Assembly (NCBI GenBank): GCA_051652765.1
Contig: JBOFUV010000007.1
Location: forward strand, 1 to 64,000
DNA: 64,000 nt
Reading direction: 5' to 3'
Source of the DNA: Microcoleaceae cyanobacterium
GTDB taxonomy: Bacteria; Cyanobacteriota; Cyanobacteriia; Cyanobacteriales; Microcoleaceae
Of this stretch, positions 50,205 to 58,728 are shown in pieces. Positions within the stretch are counted from its first letter, which is position 1; every line of letters starts with the position of its first letter. Below the pieces are notes generated by a model that had not been told where the DNA came from, did not search any database, and saw only the letters and a list, made by a program, of their open reading frames with translations. The position numbers and the translations under genes were made by a program.

Positions 50205-50600
50205 GGCTTCTTCTTCAGAGCCAATTTGCTTGAGGTGAATGTGCTTACGTCCCAAAGAGATTTCAAACTCATCACCGGGTTGTAAATCCATCTGCTTTGT
50301 ATAGGCAGCACCAATCAGCAAGTTGCCATTTGACTGTACACTAATTCGATAACTTGCAGAGCGACCACCTCTTCCATTTCCCTGTTGTTTGCCATCAAGT
50401 TCAATTCCTTCAGCATCAATCAGAGCATTTAGGAATTTCATCATATTCACTCGCTCAACTCCCCCTTTTGTCAGAGTGTAATAGCCACAGTCTCTTGCCT
50501 TTTCTTCCTTACTCAGGTGTTCAAGGTCTTTGACTTTCTTGAGGAGTGCTTCTCCAGTCAAGGGTTGAGGTTGAGTATCGCTTGCTTTCTTTTTAGCCAT
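50193..50600 (-). CDS. cyabrB2: Cyanobacterial AbrB-like regulator (cyAbrB2/CalB clade)
   Basis: LTGEALL..SKEEKAR.CGY..RVNMMKFLNALIDAEG..GRSASYRISVQSNGNLLIG. Confidence 0.9.
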   Translation of the reverse strand: MAKKKASDTQPQPLTGEALLKKVKDLEHLSKEEKARDCGYYTLTKGGVERVNMMKFLNALIDAEGIELDGKQQGNGRGGRSASYRISVQSNGNLLIGAAYTKQMDLQPGDEFEISLGRKHIHLKQIGSEEEAQAS

Positions 50601-51045
50601 TCAGAGTTTCCTTTAGATTCCAACAAAAGACCTTTGCTTTCTGTTGAACAGACAAAAAGTCTGCAAAACAGTTTAGCTAGTTATGCTTTTGAAACTATAT
50701 TACACGAATTCAGAAATTTATTCACCTGGTTTTAAAGTTTTTCGTAGATTTAATTCAGAGGAAGGAGTTGTCTAGAACCTTAAGAGATGGCTGATGTATA
50801 CCCAAGCATTCTCCAATCAGTCGAGTTTGGATTGAGACAATGATCGGTCTCAGTTGCTTAAATGAGTCTCCTCAAGATGCTGACAAGCGATATAGATTCA
50901 GTTGCCTCTCTTGGCCGTTGTACTTTCTATCGGTTGGATTCTGATGGCGGCTATTCTCTTCGAGTAATCTGCGGTTAGTCTGCTTCGTTATACTTCCTTG
51001 ACCTTGTTAAACTGAAGCATAAACCTGTTGATTAAACTGCTCAGG

Positions 51046-51489
51046 ATGAAACTAACGACACGGGGTCACTATAGTGTTAAAGCATTACTGGATCTGAGCT
51101 TGCAGCAAGGGACAGGGCCAACTTCGGTCAATGCAATTGCCCAACGACAAAAGCTACCTGCTGCCTATTTGGAAAAACTATTGATTGAGTTGCGACGGGC
51201 AGGATTAGTGAAGTCTGTGCGAGGATCTCAAGGCGGTTATCAGTTGGCGCGATCGCCTGCTCAAATTTCCCTGGGTCAGATTTTAGAAGCAGTGGGTGAA
51301 ACGATTGACCCTTTACCCCGTCATACTACAGATACAGAACAGATTGAAGACTGGGTAACGTTTAGCTTATGGAATCGATTGCATCAAAAACTTAAGGAAG
51401 CATTGTATGGGATTTCCTTGGAAGATCTTTACTATGATGCTCGGAGTTGGCAAGCGGCTCAAGGCGAAGAAGCTAATTTTATGGTCTGA
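51046..51489 (+). CDS. Rrf2-family regulator without Fe-S cysteines (Slr0846-like)
   Basis: MKLTTRGHYSVKALLDL, YLEKLL, SVRGSQGGYQL; no Cys. Confidence 0.9.
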   Translation: MKLTTRGHYSVKALLDLSLQQGTGPTSVNAIAQRQKLPAAYLEKLLIELRRAGLVKSVRGSQGGYQLARSPAQISLGQILEAVGETIDPLPRHTTDTEQIEDWVTFSLWNRLHQKLKEALYGISLEDLYYDARSWQAAQGEEANFMV

Positions 51490-51546
51490 AGTAAGGGTTG
51501 ATACTTTTATAGAGTTCCTAAATCAGAGTTTTCTGGTTAAATCGGT

Positions 51547-52545
51547 ATGACATCCAATCGTTCTCTCATCGTTTTAGGAATAGCACTCGTTCTTGATTAC
51601 TCTATTGGCGATCCACAGAAATGGCTTCATCCAGTGCAAGTAATGGGGTGGCACATTCAATTTCTGACTCGACTTTCTTTTCAACATTTGAAAACTCCCA
51701 AGACACTCAAAGTTGCGGGCATCCTACTGGCGCTCTTATTAATCTTTGGAAGTGGAGGAGTGAGTTGGGGAATTATCTTTGCTGTTCGATTCATTCCCGG
51801 CGAGTTTCCCTTGCATCCTGTCCTGGGTATGATGACCGAAAGTTTGCTCCTTGCTAGTTGTTTTGCTGGGCGGAGTTTGCGTCATGCAGCAGAAAATGTT
51901 CTCCAATATTTGACCCAAAAAGATTTAGTAACTGCTCGTCAGCAACTCAGTCGTTATGTGGGTCGAGATACTGATAGTTTATCGGAGTCGGAAATTCTCC
52001 GAGCCATGCTAGAAACGATTACTGAAAACGCGATAGATGGAATGATGGCTCCCTTGTTTTATGCCATGATTGGCTTAGCAATTCCGGGAATTGGCAGTGT
52101 GCCCTTAGCTTTTGCCTATAAAGCGGCTAGCACCCTGGATTCTATGGTGGGCTACAAAGAAGCTCCCTATACTGACCTTGGCTGGTTTAGTGCCAAGCTC
52201 GAAGATGGTTTGACCTGGATTCCCTGCCGATTAACAGTCATCACCGTTGCTGTGTTGTCGGGGAAACCCAAAGCAGTCTGGCAACTCTGTCAACGGGATG
52301 CCATTCATGACCCCAGCCCAAATTCAGGCTGGAGTGAATGTGTCTATGCTGCCGCTCTGGGGGTGCAACTCGGTGGAGCCAACCTTTACAAAGGGGTCGT
52401 CAAATCTAAACCGCTACTCGGCGATCGCACCCGTGCCATTACCCAGGAGGTGATTGCACAAGCCCTTCAACTGACTCGGAATAGTATTTTTCTGTGGTTT
52501 GGAATAGTAACGTTGGCTTATGGTCTCCGTTTGCTGACTGTCTGA
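51547..52545 (+). CDS. cbiB: Adenosylcobinamide-phosphate synthase
   Basis: GDPQKWLHPV, VGRDT, YKAASTLDSMVGY, SPNSGWSE. Confidence 0.95.
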   Translation: MTSNRSLIVLGIALVLDYSIGDPQKWLHPVQVMGWHIQFLTRLSFQHLKTPKTLKVAGILLALLLIFGSGGVSWGIIFAVRFIPGEFPLHPVLGMMTESLLLASCFAGRSLRHAAENVLQYLTQKDLVTARQQLSRYVGRDTDSLSESEILRAMLETITENAIDGMMAPLFYAMIGLAIPGIGSVPLAFAYKAASTLDSMVGYKEAPYTDLGWFSAKLEDGLTWIPCRLTVITVAVLSGKPKAVWQLCQRDAIHDPSPNSGWSECVYAAALGVQLGGANLYKGVVKSKPLLGDRTRAITQEVIAQALQLTRNSIFLWFGIVTLAYGLRLLTV

Positions 52546-52577
52546 CGCTTGAGTAAAAGGCACTGCCATCTTAACTC

Positions 52578-52630
52578 TTGCTAAACCTGAGTTGCTAAAC
52601 CTGAGTTGCTAAACCTGAGTTGCTAAACCT
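52578..52630. repeat. Tandem 14-bp repeat TTGCTAAACCTGAG x3 plus partial copy
   Basis: Perfect copies seen directly. Confidence 0.92.
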
Positions 52631-52808
52631 TAACCCTATCCCATCCCCCTAGAGGGGATGTTAAACTATAGCTGAATCGAAATCAGGGCCTATCATGATC
52701 CGGACTTAGTGGTTTAGGTGCTAATCGAGTCTTAATACTGAACCTGACTAAACTAGTTTTTGGATCTGACTGAGCTGTTAACCCTACCGAACTGTTGAGG
52801 ACAACGCT

Positions 52809-54035
52809 GTGATTGCAACTCCTGAGATACTTGAACAACTTCCTTCATCCCCATCAACCCTAGCATCGGGCGATCGCGTGGCGGTCTTGCTGATCGGCTA
52901 TGGAGAAGTTGAAAGCTATGAAGACTTCGCCAACTACAACGAACAGGCGCTGAATCTCCTCACTGCTAAGTTTGCCCCCGTTCCAACTTGGGTTTATCCG
53001 CCCCTAGCCAAGTTACTGGCAATGTTTGACCTGCATGAATGGAGTCATCAACACGGTAACTTCATCTCTCCCCACAATGCCATTTTTGAGCAACAACGGG
53101 CGGGAATTGAACAGTATTTGCAAGAACGATGGGGCGATCGGGTTAAGGTGTTCAAGGCATTTAACTTCTGTGCGCCCTTTTTGCCAGAACAGGTCTTAAC
53201 TCAGATTCACGCTGAAGGCTTTGACAAACTGTTGATTTATCCCTTGTTAGTGGTTGACTCTATCTTTACCAGTGGAATTGCTGTAGAGCAGGTGAATGCT
53301 GCCCTAGCAAAGTTAGCCAATGGCTCGTCAGATAGCACAGAACATTGGGTTAAAGGCCAGCGGTACATTCCCTCTTTTTATAATGAGCCTGCCTATATCA
53401 GCCTGTTGGCCAACCTAGTTGACGAAAAAGTTAAAAAAGATTTGGCTGTTGCCCATTTGCCTTCCCAAACCGGAATTGTGTTAATGAATCATGGCTGCCC
53501 CCACAAAGCTAAAGGGTTTACCTCCGGAATTGATGAAAGTCAAGCGTTGTATGAGCGAGTTCGGGAACGGCTGATTCATTGCTATCCTCTGATTTCTGTG
53601 GGTTGGCTCAACCATGACACGCCCCTGATTGAGTGGACACAGCCCAATGCTCAACTGGCTGCCCAGAATTTAATGGAGTTGGGGGCGACAACGGTAGTCT
53701 TCATGCCCATTGGGTTTGCGACAGAGAATCACGAGACGTTGTTGGATGTGGGACATATCATTGCAGCCCTGCGGCGCAAGCGTCCTGATGTCACCTATGT
53801 GCAAATGCGATGTGTGAATGACCATCCAGAGTTCCTTCAGATGGCGGCAGACTGGGCAAATCCTCAGATTGAAGCCCTATTGAGCGCAATGGCTTTGGCC
53901 GTTAATCCGGCATTGGCTTCGGTTCAAGCACAGCAGGCTCATAGTCATGACAGTAATAATGGTCATGACCATGGCCATCACCACCCTAATCATGATCACT
54001 CTAATCCTGATCATAGTCATCATCACCATCATTAG
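52809..54035 (+). CDS. Ferrochelatase-like class II chelatase with His-rich C-terminal tail
   Basis: VAVLLIGYG, ISPH, NHGCP, WTQP, PIGFATENHETLLDV, CVNDHPEF; tail HDHGHHHPNHDH..HSHHHHH. Confidence 0.8.
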   Translation: MIATPEILEQLPSSPSTLASGDRVAVLLIGYGEVESYEDFANYNEQALNLLTAKFAPVPTWVYPPLAKLLAMFDLHEWSHQHGNFISPHNAIFEQQRAGIEQYLQERWGDRVKVFKAFNFCAPFLPEQVLTQIHAEGFDKLLIYPLLVVDSIFTSGIAVEQVNAALAKLANGSSDSTEHWVKGQRYIPSFYNEPAYISLLANLVDEKVKKDLAVAHLPSQTGIVLMNHGCPHKAKGFTSGIDESQALYERVRERLIHCYPLISVGWLNHDTPLIEWTQPNAQLAAQNLMELGATTVVFMPIGFATENHETLLDVGHIIAALRRKRPDVTYVQMRCVNDHPEFLQMAADWANPQIEALLSAMALAVNPALASVQAQQAHSHDSNNGHDHGHHHPNHDHSNPDHSHHHHH

Positions 54036-54123
54036 TTAAAGAAGTTGAAGAGGCTTAATGGGTATCGATTTCACCAGTCTGAAGGTTAATTTCCCTAATC
54101 CTGTGCAAAATCTTTTAAACCCG

Positions 54124-54132
54124 TGCTATATT
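54124..54132 (+). promoter_or_regulatory. Extended -10 promoter (TGcTATATT) for the small-ORF transcript
   Basis: TGn-TATATT about 50 nt upstream of the sORF start. Confidence 0.5.
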
Positions 54133-54184
54133 ATGTAGCGTAAACCTAGCAAAAAACCGTTTAGGGAATAAGGAGGTGATGCCC

Positions 54185-54256
54185 ATGATTGATAGTAGTA
54201 AACGCATGGGTCACCGAGTTGGACATGTCCGGCTGTGCGCCGGAGCTGGCCTCTAG
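54185..54256 (+). CDS. Small ORF (23 aa) with extended Shine-Dalgarno
   Basis: AAGGAGGTGAT-gccc-ATG; MIDSSKRMGHRVGHVRLCAGAGL*. Confidence 0.65.
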   Translation: MIDSSKRMGHRVGHVRLCAGAGL

Positions 54257-54350
54257 ACTACAGTCTACGTTTCCTTGAAAATATTTGATCTAGGTTACTA
54301 AACTGTTTCTGAAGGTTCTTCCGGCAGTCAGGTTCTAACTCTGGTGATCC

Positions 54351-54415
54351 GCTACACCGCTTCCATCTAAGGTGTCAAGTCTTGACAAAGCACTTTCCTG
54401 ATGGGAGCGGATAGC
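54351..54415 (+). terminator. Long stem-loop, probable 3' end of the sORF transcript
   Basis: GCTA-ca-CCGCTTCCATC ... GATGGGAGCGG-a-TAGC pairing, with an inner TGTCAAG-T-CTTGACA hairpin. Confidence 0.55.
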
Positions 54416-54514
54416 TATTTAAATGGGCTTTTGTGATAATTTGAGGTTAAAGCTTTTTTGGCAAAGCTACTTCAGTATAGTTTTTTACTAAAACTTTTTT
54501 GACACAGGTGCTCT

Positions 54515-54796
54515 ATGTCTTCATTGTTAAGCGAAGCTCAGATTCAGCAGATGGTGCTTGAGGTTCCAGAGTGGACAGTCGAAGGCAAAGTGCTGAAGAT
54601 TACTAGGAAGTTCAAAGATTTTGTTGAGGCGGTTGATTTCGTTAACAAGTTAGTTGAACCCGCAGAAGGTGAAGGTCATCATCCAGATTTGGAGATTTCT
54701 TATAACACGGTTAGGATTAGCCTTACAACCCACGATCAAGGAGGGCTGACTGTGAAGGATTTTGTTTTAGCAAAGGAAATTTCAGAGTTAACTTAA
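54515..54796 (+). CDS. phhB: Pterin-4-alpha-carbinolamine dehydratase
   Basis: FKDF, AEGEGHHPDL, LTTHDQGGLT.KDF. Confidence 0.93.
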   Translation: MSSLLSEAQIQQMVLEVPEWTVEGKVLKITRKFKDFVEAVDFVNKLVEPAEGEGHHPDLEISYNTVRISLTTHDQGGLTVKDFVLAKEISELT

Positions 54797-54871
54797 AGAG
54801 TTGATTTGACTCTTGAGTTAACTCTGTTGGCTAGCTTAAGTGCATCAATACATTCAAGTGAGTTGAAGGTT

Positions 54872-56509
54872 ATGGTTCTTCAGAGTGCGGAGTTTTTGCA
54901 AGAGCTAGCAAAGCGCACAACACTGATTGAGAAGCTTTTAGATATTGGAACAGCGCTCTCAGGGACGAGAAGTCTAGGGTCGCTGTTGAATCTGATCTTA
55001 ACCAAAAGTCGAGAGATTACCTACAGTGATGCAGGTAGTGTTTATTTGGTTGACAAAAGTGATGGGAAACCCAAGCTTCTTTTTAAAATTGCCCAAAATA
55101 TCTCGATTCCTGACTTATCTTTTCGAGAATTTGCGATTCCCTTAACCCACAAAAGTTTGGCTGGATATGTAGCCCTAACCGGAGAAACCCTCAATATTTC
55201 AGATGCCTACAAACTTCCTTCAGATAAGCCTTATCAGTTGGATTGCAGCTTTGATAAAGATATCTGTTACCGAACTCGCTCGGTATTGGTGTTGCCAATG
55301 CAGAATCATGAAGGTGAAATTTTGGGGGTGCTGCAACTGATTAATCGGAAAACTCAGCCAGACGTTATCCTGAGTCCTGAAAACACCCTAGATGAGACTC
55401 GCCCCTATACGGAATGGGAAGAGCGGATTTTGCGATCGCTAGCCTCCCAAGCCGCCATCTCGATCGAACGCAATCAACTCCAGGAAGACATCGAAAATCT
55501 GTTTGAGAGCTTTGTGAGAGCCTCAGTGCAAGTGATTGAACAGCGAGATCCCTGTACCTCTGGTCATTCAGAGCGAGTTGCGGCCCTAACTGTCCGGCTG
55601 GCTGAAGAGATCAATACTGTCTCAACAGGGTTACTGGGTTCCGTTGGCTTTAATGCCCGCCAGCTCAAAGAGATTCGCTACGCGGCCTTGCTGCATGATT
55701 TTGGCAAGGTTGGTGTTCCAGAAGCAGTCCTGCGGAAATCAAAAAAACTGCATCCTGAGCGGCTAGAGTTGATTCGACATCGATTTACGCTGGCACAGCG
55801 CACCCTAGAGCAGGATTGCTTGCAAGCCAAGTATCAGCTTTTGTTGCAACACTCCAGCCAACATCTACAAGATGGGGTCAACTGTTCTCACTGCCAACAA
55901 CTTGAACAGTTAGAGGTTAACTTAGGAGAGGCGATCGCTCGACTCCATGAACATTGGGAGTTGATTTTGATCGCCAATGAACCCCATGTCATGGCCGAAG
56001 AACCCTTAGCGCAACTGGTCGAGTTAAACCAGCTCACCTATCGAGATTTCAATGGGCAACCCAAACCTGTGATTGATCCAGAGGAAATGGAACAGTTGCA
56101 AGTCCATCGAGGAAATCTCACTGCAGCAGAACGGTTTAGCATGGAATCCCATGTGATTCACACCTACGAATTTCTCAATCAGATTCCCTGGACTCGGGAC
56201 TTGAGCAATGTGCCAATGATTGCTTACGGACATCACGAACGGCTCGATGGCACAGGCTATCCCCAAGGTTTAAAACAGCTAGAGGTTCCAATTCAGGCTC
56301 AGATGATGGCGATCGCCGATGTTTATGATGCTCTCACTGCGGGCGATCGCCCCTACAAACATGGAATACCTACGATTACCGCCCTAAAAATCTTACGACA
56401 AGAGGCAACAAGCCATAAGATCAACCCAAATCTCTTAGAATTGTTTGAGCAGCGCCAGGTTTATGCGGTGATTGACCACAGCCTGGATGTTGTGATGAAG
56501 CTGGCGTGA
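54872..56509 (+). CDS. GAF + HD-GYP cyclic-dinucleotide phosphodiesterase
   Basis: GAF (SLAGYVALTG, GVLQLINRK), GHSERVA, LHDFGKVG, HHERLDGTGYP, DVYDALT..DRPYK. Confidence 0.92.
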   Translation: MVLQSAEFLQELAKRTTLIEKLLDIGTALSGTRSLGSLLNLILTKSREITYSDAGSVYLVDKSDGKPKLLFKIAQNISIPDLSFREFAIPLTHKSLAGYVALTGETLNISDAYKLPSDKPYQLDCSFDKDICYRTRSVLVLPMQNHEGEILGVLQLINRKTQPDVILSPENTLDETRPYTEWEERILRSLASQAAISIERNQLQEDIENLFESFVRASVQVIEQRDPCTSGHSERVAALTVRLAEEINTVSTGLLGSVGFNARQLKEIRYAALLHDFGKVGVPEAVLRKSKKLHPERLELIRHRFTLAQRTLEQDCLQAKYQLLLQHSSQHLQDGVNCSHCQQLEQLEVNLGEAIARLHEHWELILIANEPHVMAEEPLAQLVELNQLTYRDFNGQPKPVIDPEEMEQLQVHRGNLTAAERFSMESHVIHTYEFLNQIPWTRDLSNVPMIAYGHHERLDGTGYPQGLKQLEVPIQAQMMAIADVYDALTAGDRPYKHGIPTITALKILRQEATSHKINPNLLELFEQRQVYAVIDHSLDVVMKLA

Positions 56510-56525
56510 GGAAAGGTCTGAACTT

Positions 56526-58352
56526 GTGAATAAATCTGGATGGCAGGACTGGCTCGGCTTAGGATTCTCTAAGTTGAGATTGGTTAAGTTGGGATTGGCT
56601 AATGTCAGGCGGATGGACTTAAGATTCATTCCCTTAGGATTAATCGCTACAGTTGTATCAGTTCCTTTGACAACTCAGGCAGAACCCAGGGCAGGCCAAG
56701 GATTACGTTCTGGTTTAGTTACCAACCTTTCAGAATTGCCGACCACAGCAGACCCGACTCCTTCCCTAACTGACCCCCTGAACCAACTGCAACGCTACAG
56801 CCGCGAAGGTCGGCAGAATGCTTCCCAGCCTCAGGTCACTTCCGTTTCACAGCTTGCGGATGTCCAACCAACGGACTGGGCATTTCAGGCATTGCAATCC
56901 TTAGTTGAGCGGTATGGCTGTATTGCTGGCTATCCCGATGGTACCTTCAAGGGCAACCGTTCCCTGACTCGTTATGAATTTGCTGCAGGGGTTAACGCCT
57001 GTTTGGAACGGATTCAAGAGTTGCTGAATGAAGCAACGGCTGATCGAATGACCCAAAATGAACTGATTGCCCTACAACGGTTACAGAATGAATTTGCCGC
57101 AGAGTTGGCCCTGTTGCGGGGTCAAATTAAGACTCTAGAAGATCGCACAGACACTCTGATTGCCAATCAATTTTCTACGACGACAAAGTTGCAAGGAGAA
57201 GTCATTTTTGCCTTGACAGACGATTGGGTTGAAGCTCAATCCGATGCCAACCAAGCCGTATTTCAAAGTCGCGTTCGTTTAGATTTGAATACTAGTTTCA
57301 GCGGCAAAGACTTACTCTTGACCCGCTTGCAAGCCGGGAATGCCGATACTGCCAACTTAGGGGCGACCCGCGAAGCCACTCAAACCTTTAACGTTCGGGG
57401 AGATAGTGATACAGAATTCGAGCTAGAGCGGTTGCTGTACCAGTTCCCAGTGGGAGATCAACTGTATCTCACCTTTGCTGCCACAGGAGTGACTTGGGAC
57501 GACTTCGTGCCCACCCTGAATCCCTACTTGGAAGATTACGATGGGGGTCAGGGAACTCTAAGCGCCTTTGGTCAGCGTCATCCGATTTATCGTTTGGGAG
57601 GCGGCAGTGGGGTTGGTTTGACCTATGCCTTGGATGACTCAGGATTAGGAACAACGGCCTTGTCTGTAGGTTACTTGGCCTCCGGTGCTGCCGAGGGCAA
57701 TGATGGCCAAGGGTTGTTCAATGGCAACTCTGCTTTGTTAGCCCAAGTCACTGTGGCCCCGACCGACAACTTGCAATTTGCCTTCACCTATAACCATGCC
57801 TACTTTACCCCTGGCAACTTTGGTTTTGATAGTGGCTCCTACTCTGACCCGAACGCCTTGAATGGGTTGACTGGGACGGGCATTGCCAATTCCTTGTTGG
57901 GGTTAACAGAAGAACTGGGTTTAACAGAAGAGAACCCTACTGGCAAAGCCCGTGCTGTAGTCAGTAATTCCTATGGAGTTCAGTTCGCTTGGCAGATTGA
58001 CCCTGGGGTTGTTCTGAGTGCTTGGGGTGGATATACTGCGGCTCGGGCGATTGGGGTTGGAGACGGGGGGATTTGGACTTATGCGCTCAACTTTGGTTTC
58101 CCCGATTTGTTGAGCGAAGGGAGTTTGGGGGGAATTGTCATCGGTCGGGAACCCTATTTAGATGAGTTTGATACGGACTTGGAAGTCAATTTTCCTCAGG
58201 ATAGTTCCTGGCATTTTGAGGTATTTTATCGATATCAAGCCACTGACAATATTTCAGTAACGCCGGGGTTAATCTGGATTACAAGCCCCAATCAGGATAG
58301 CAATAACGATGGTTTACTGATTGGCACGATCCGAACCACCTTCCGGTTTTAG
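56526..58352 (+). CDS. SLH-domain outer-membrane porin (OprB-like); start may be 56613
   Basis: DVQPTDWAFQALQSLVERYGCIAGYPDG, FSTTTKLQGEVIF, C-terminal RTTFRF. Confidence 0.93.
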   Translation: MNKSGWQDWLGLGFSKLRLVKLGLANVRRMDLRFIPLGLIATVVSVPLTTQAEPRAGQGLRSGLVTNLSELPTTADPTPSLTDPLNQLQRYSREGRQNASQPQVTSVSQLADVQPTDWAFQALQSLVERYGCIAGYPDGTFKGNRSLTRYEFAAGVNACLERIQELLNEATADRMTQNELIALQRLQNEFAAELALLRGQIKTLEDRTDTLIANQFSTTTKLQGEVIFALTDDWVEAQSDANQAVFQSRVRLDLNTSFSGKDLLLTRLQAGNADTANLGATREATQTFNVRGDSDTEFELERLLYQFPVGDQLYLTFAATGVTWDDFVPTLNPYLEDYDGGQGTLSAFGQRHPIYRLGGGSGVGLTYALDDSGLGTTALSVGYLASGAAEGNDGQGLFNGNSALLAQVTVAPTDNLQFAFTYNHAYFTPGNFGFDSGSYSDPNALNGLTGTGIANSLLGLTEELGLTEENPTGKARAVVSNSYGVQFAWQIDPGVVLSAWGGYTAARAIGVGDGGIWTYALNFGFPDLLSEGSLGGIVIGREPYLDEFDTDLEVNFPQDSSWHFEVFYRYQATDNISVTPGLIWITSPNQDSNNDGLLIGTIRTTFRF

Positions 58353-58450
58353 GTCACTCCACAACAGAAAGTAGCAAGGTTACAGTACTAGTAGAAAAAT
58401 GGCCAGCAGTAATAGCAGCGTTACACTTCCCCCACCTGTAACACTTCTTC

Positions 58451-58499
58451 TTGGCAAGAGGTTAGCAAGGGGTTGCCAGAGGGTTGCCAAGGGGTTGCC
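58451..58499. repeat. Degenerate 11-bp tandem repeat (TTGCCAAGGGG-like) x4 plus partial copy
   Basis: Seen directly. Confidence 0.75.
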
Positions 58500-58728
58500 T
58501 AAAAAAGTTGGTCACTATAAACTTGCTCTAACCTCTCCAAGTTTGCGGGGCAAAACCCATGCAACTGCGTTAGTCCTGATACGTTAGTCCTGAAAGTTAT
58601 TCAACCAAATCTTAACCTTGGATTTGTTGATAACCATTGGCGCTATGATTCATTCTAAGTTTGACTTGGCTCAAGCAAGCTATTCTACATCAACTTAACT
58701 AGTACTTAATAAAGGAATTGTCAACTCT

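Noticed and set aside
52546..52808. Cobalamin riboswitch near cbiB and the chelatase gene
   Set aside because: No B12-box or GGGAA/GCCACTG core motifs are visible.
639..58499. Tandem repeat tracts as CRISPR arrays
   Set aside because: Units are 10-14 bp, contiguous and without unique spacers; there are no cas genes in the window.
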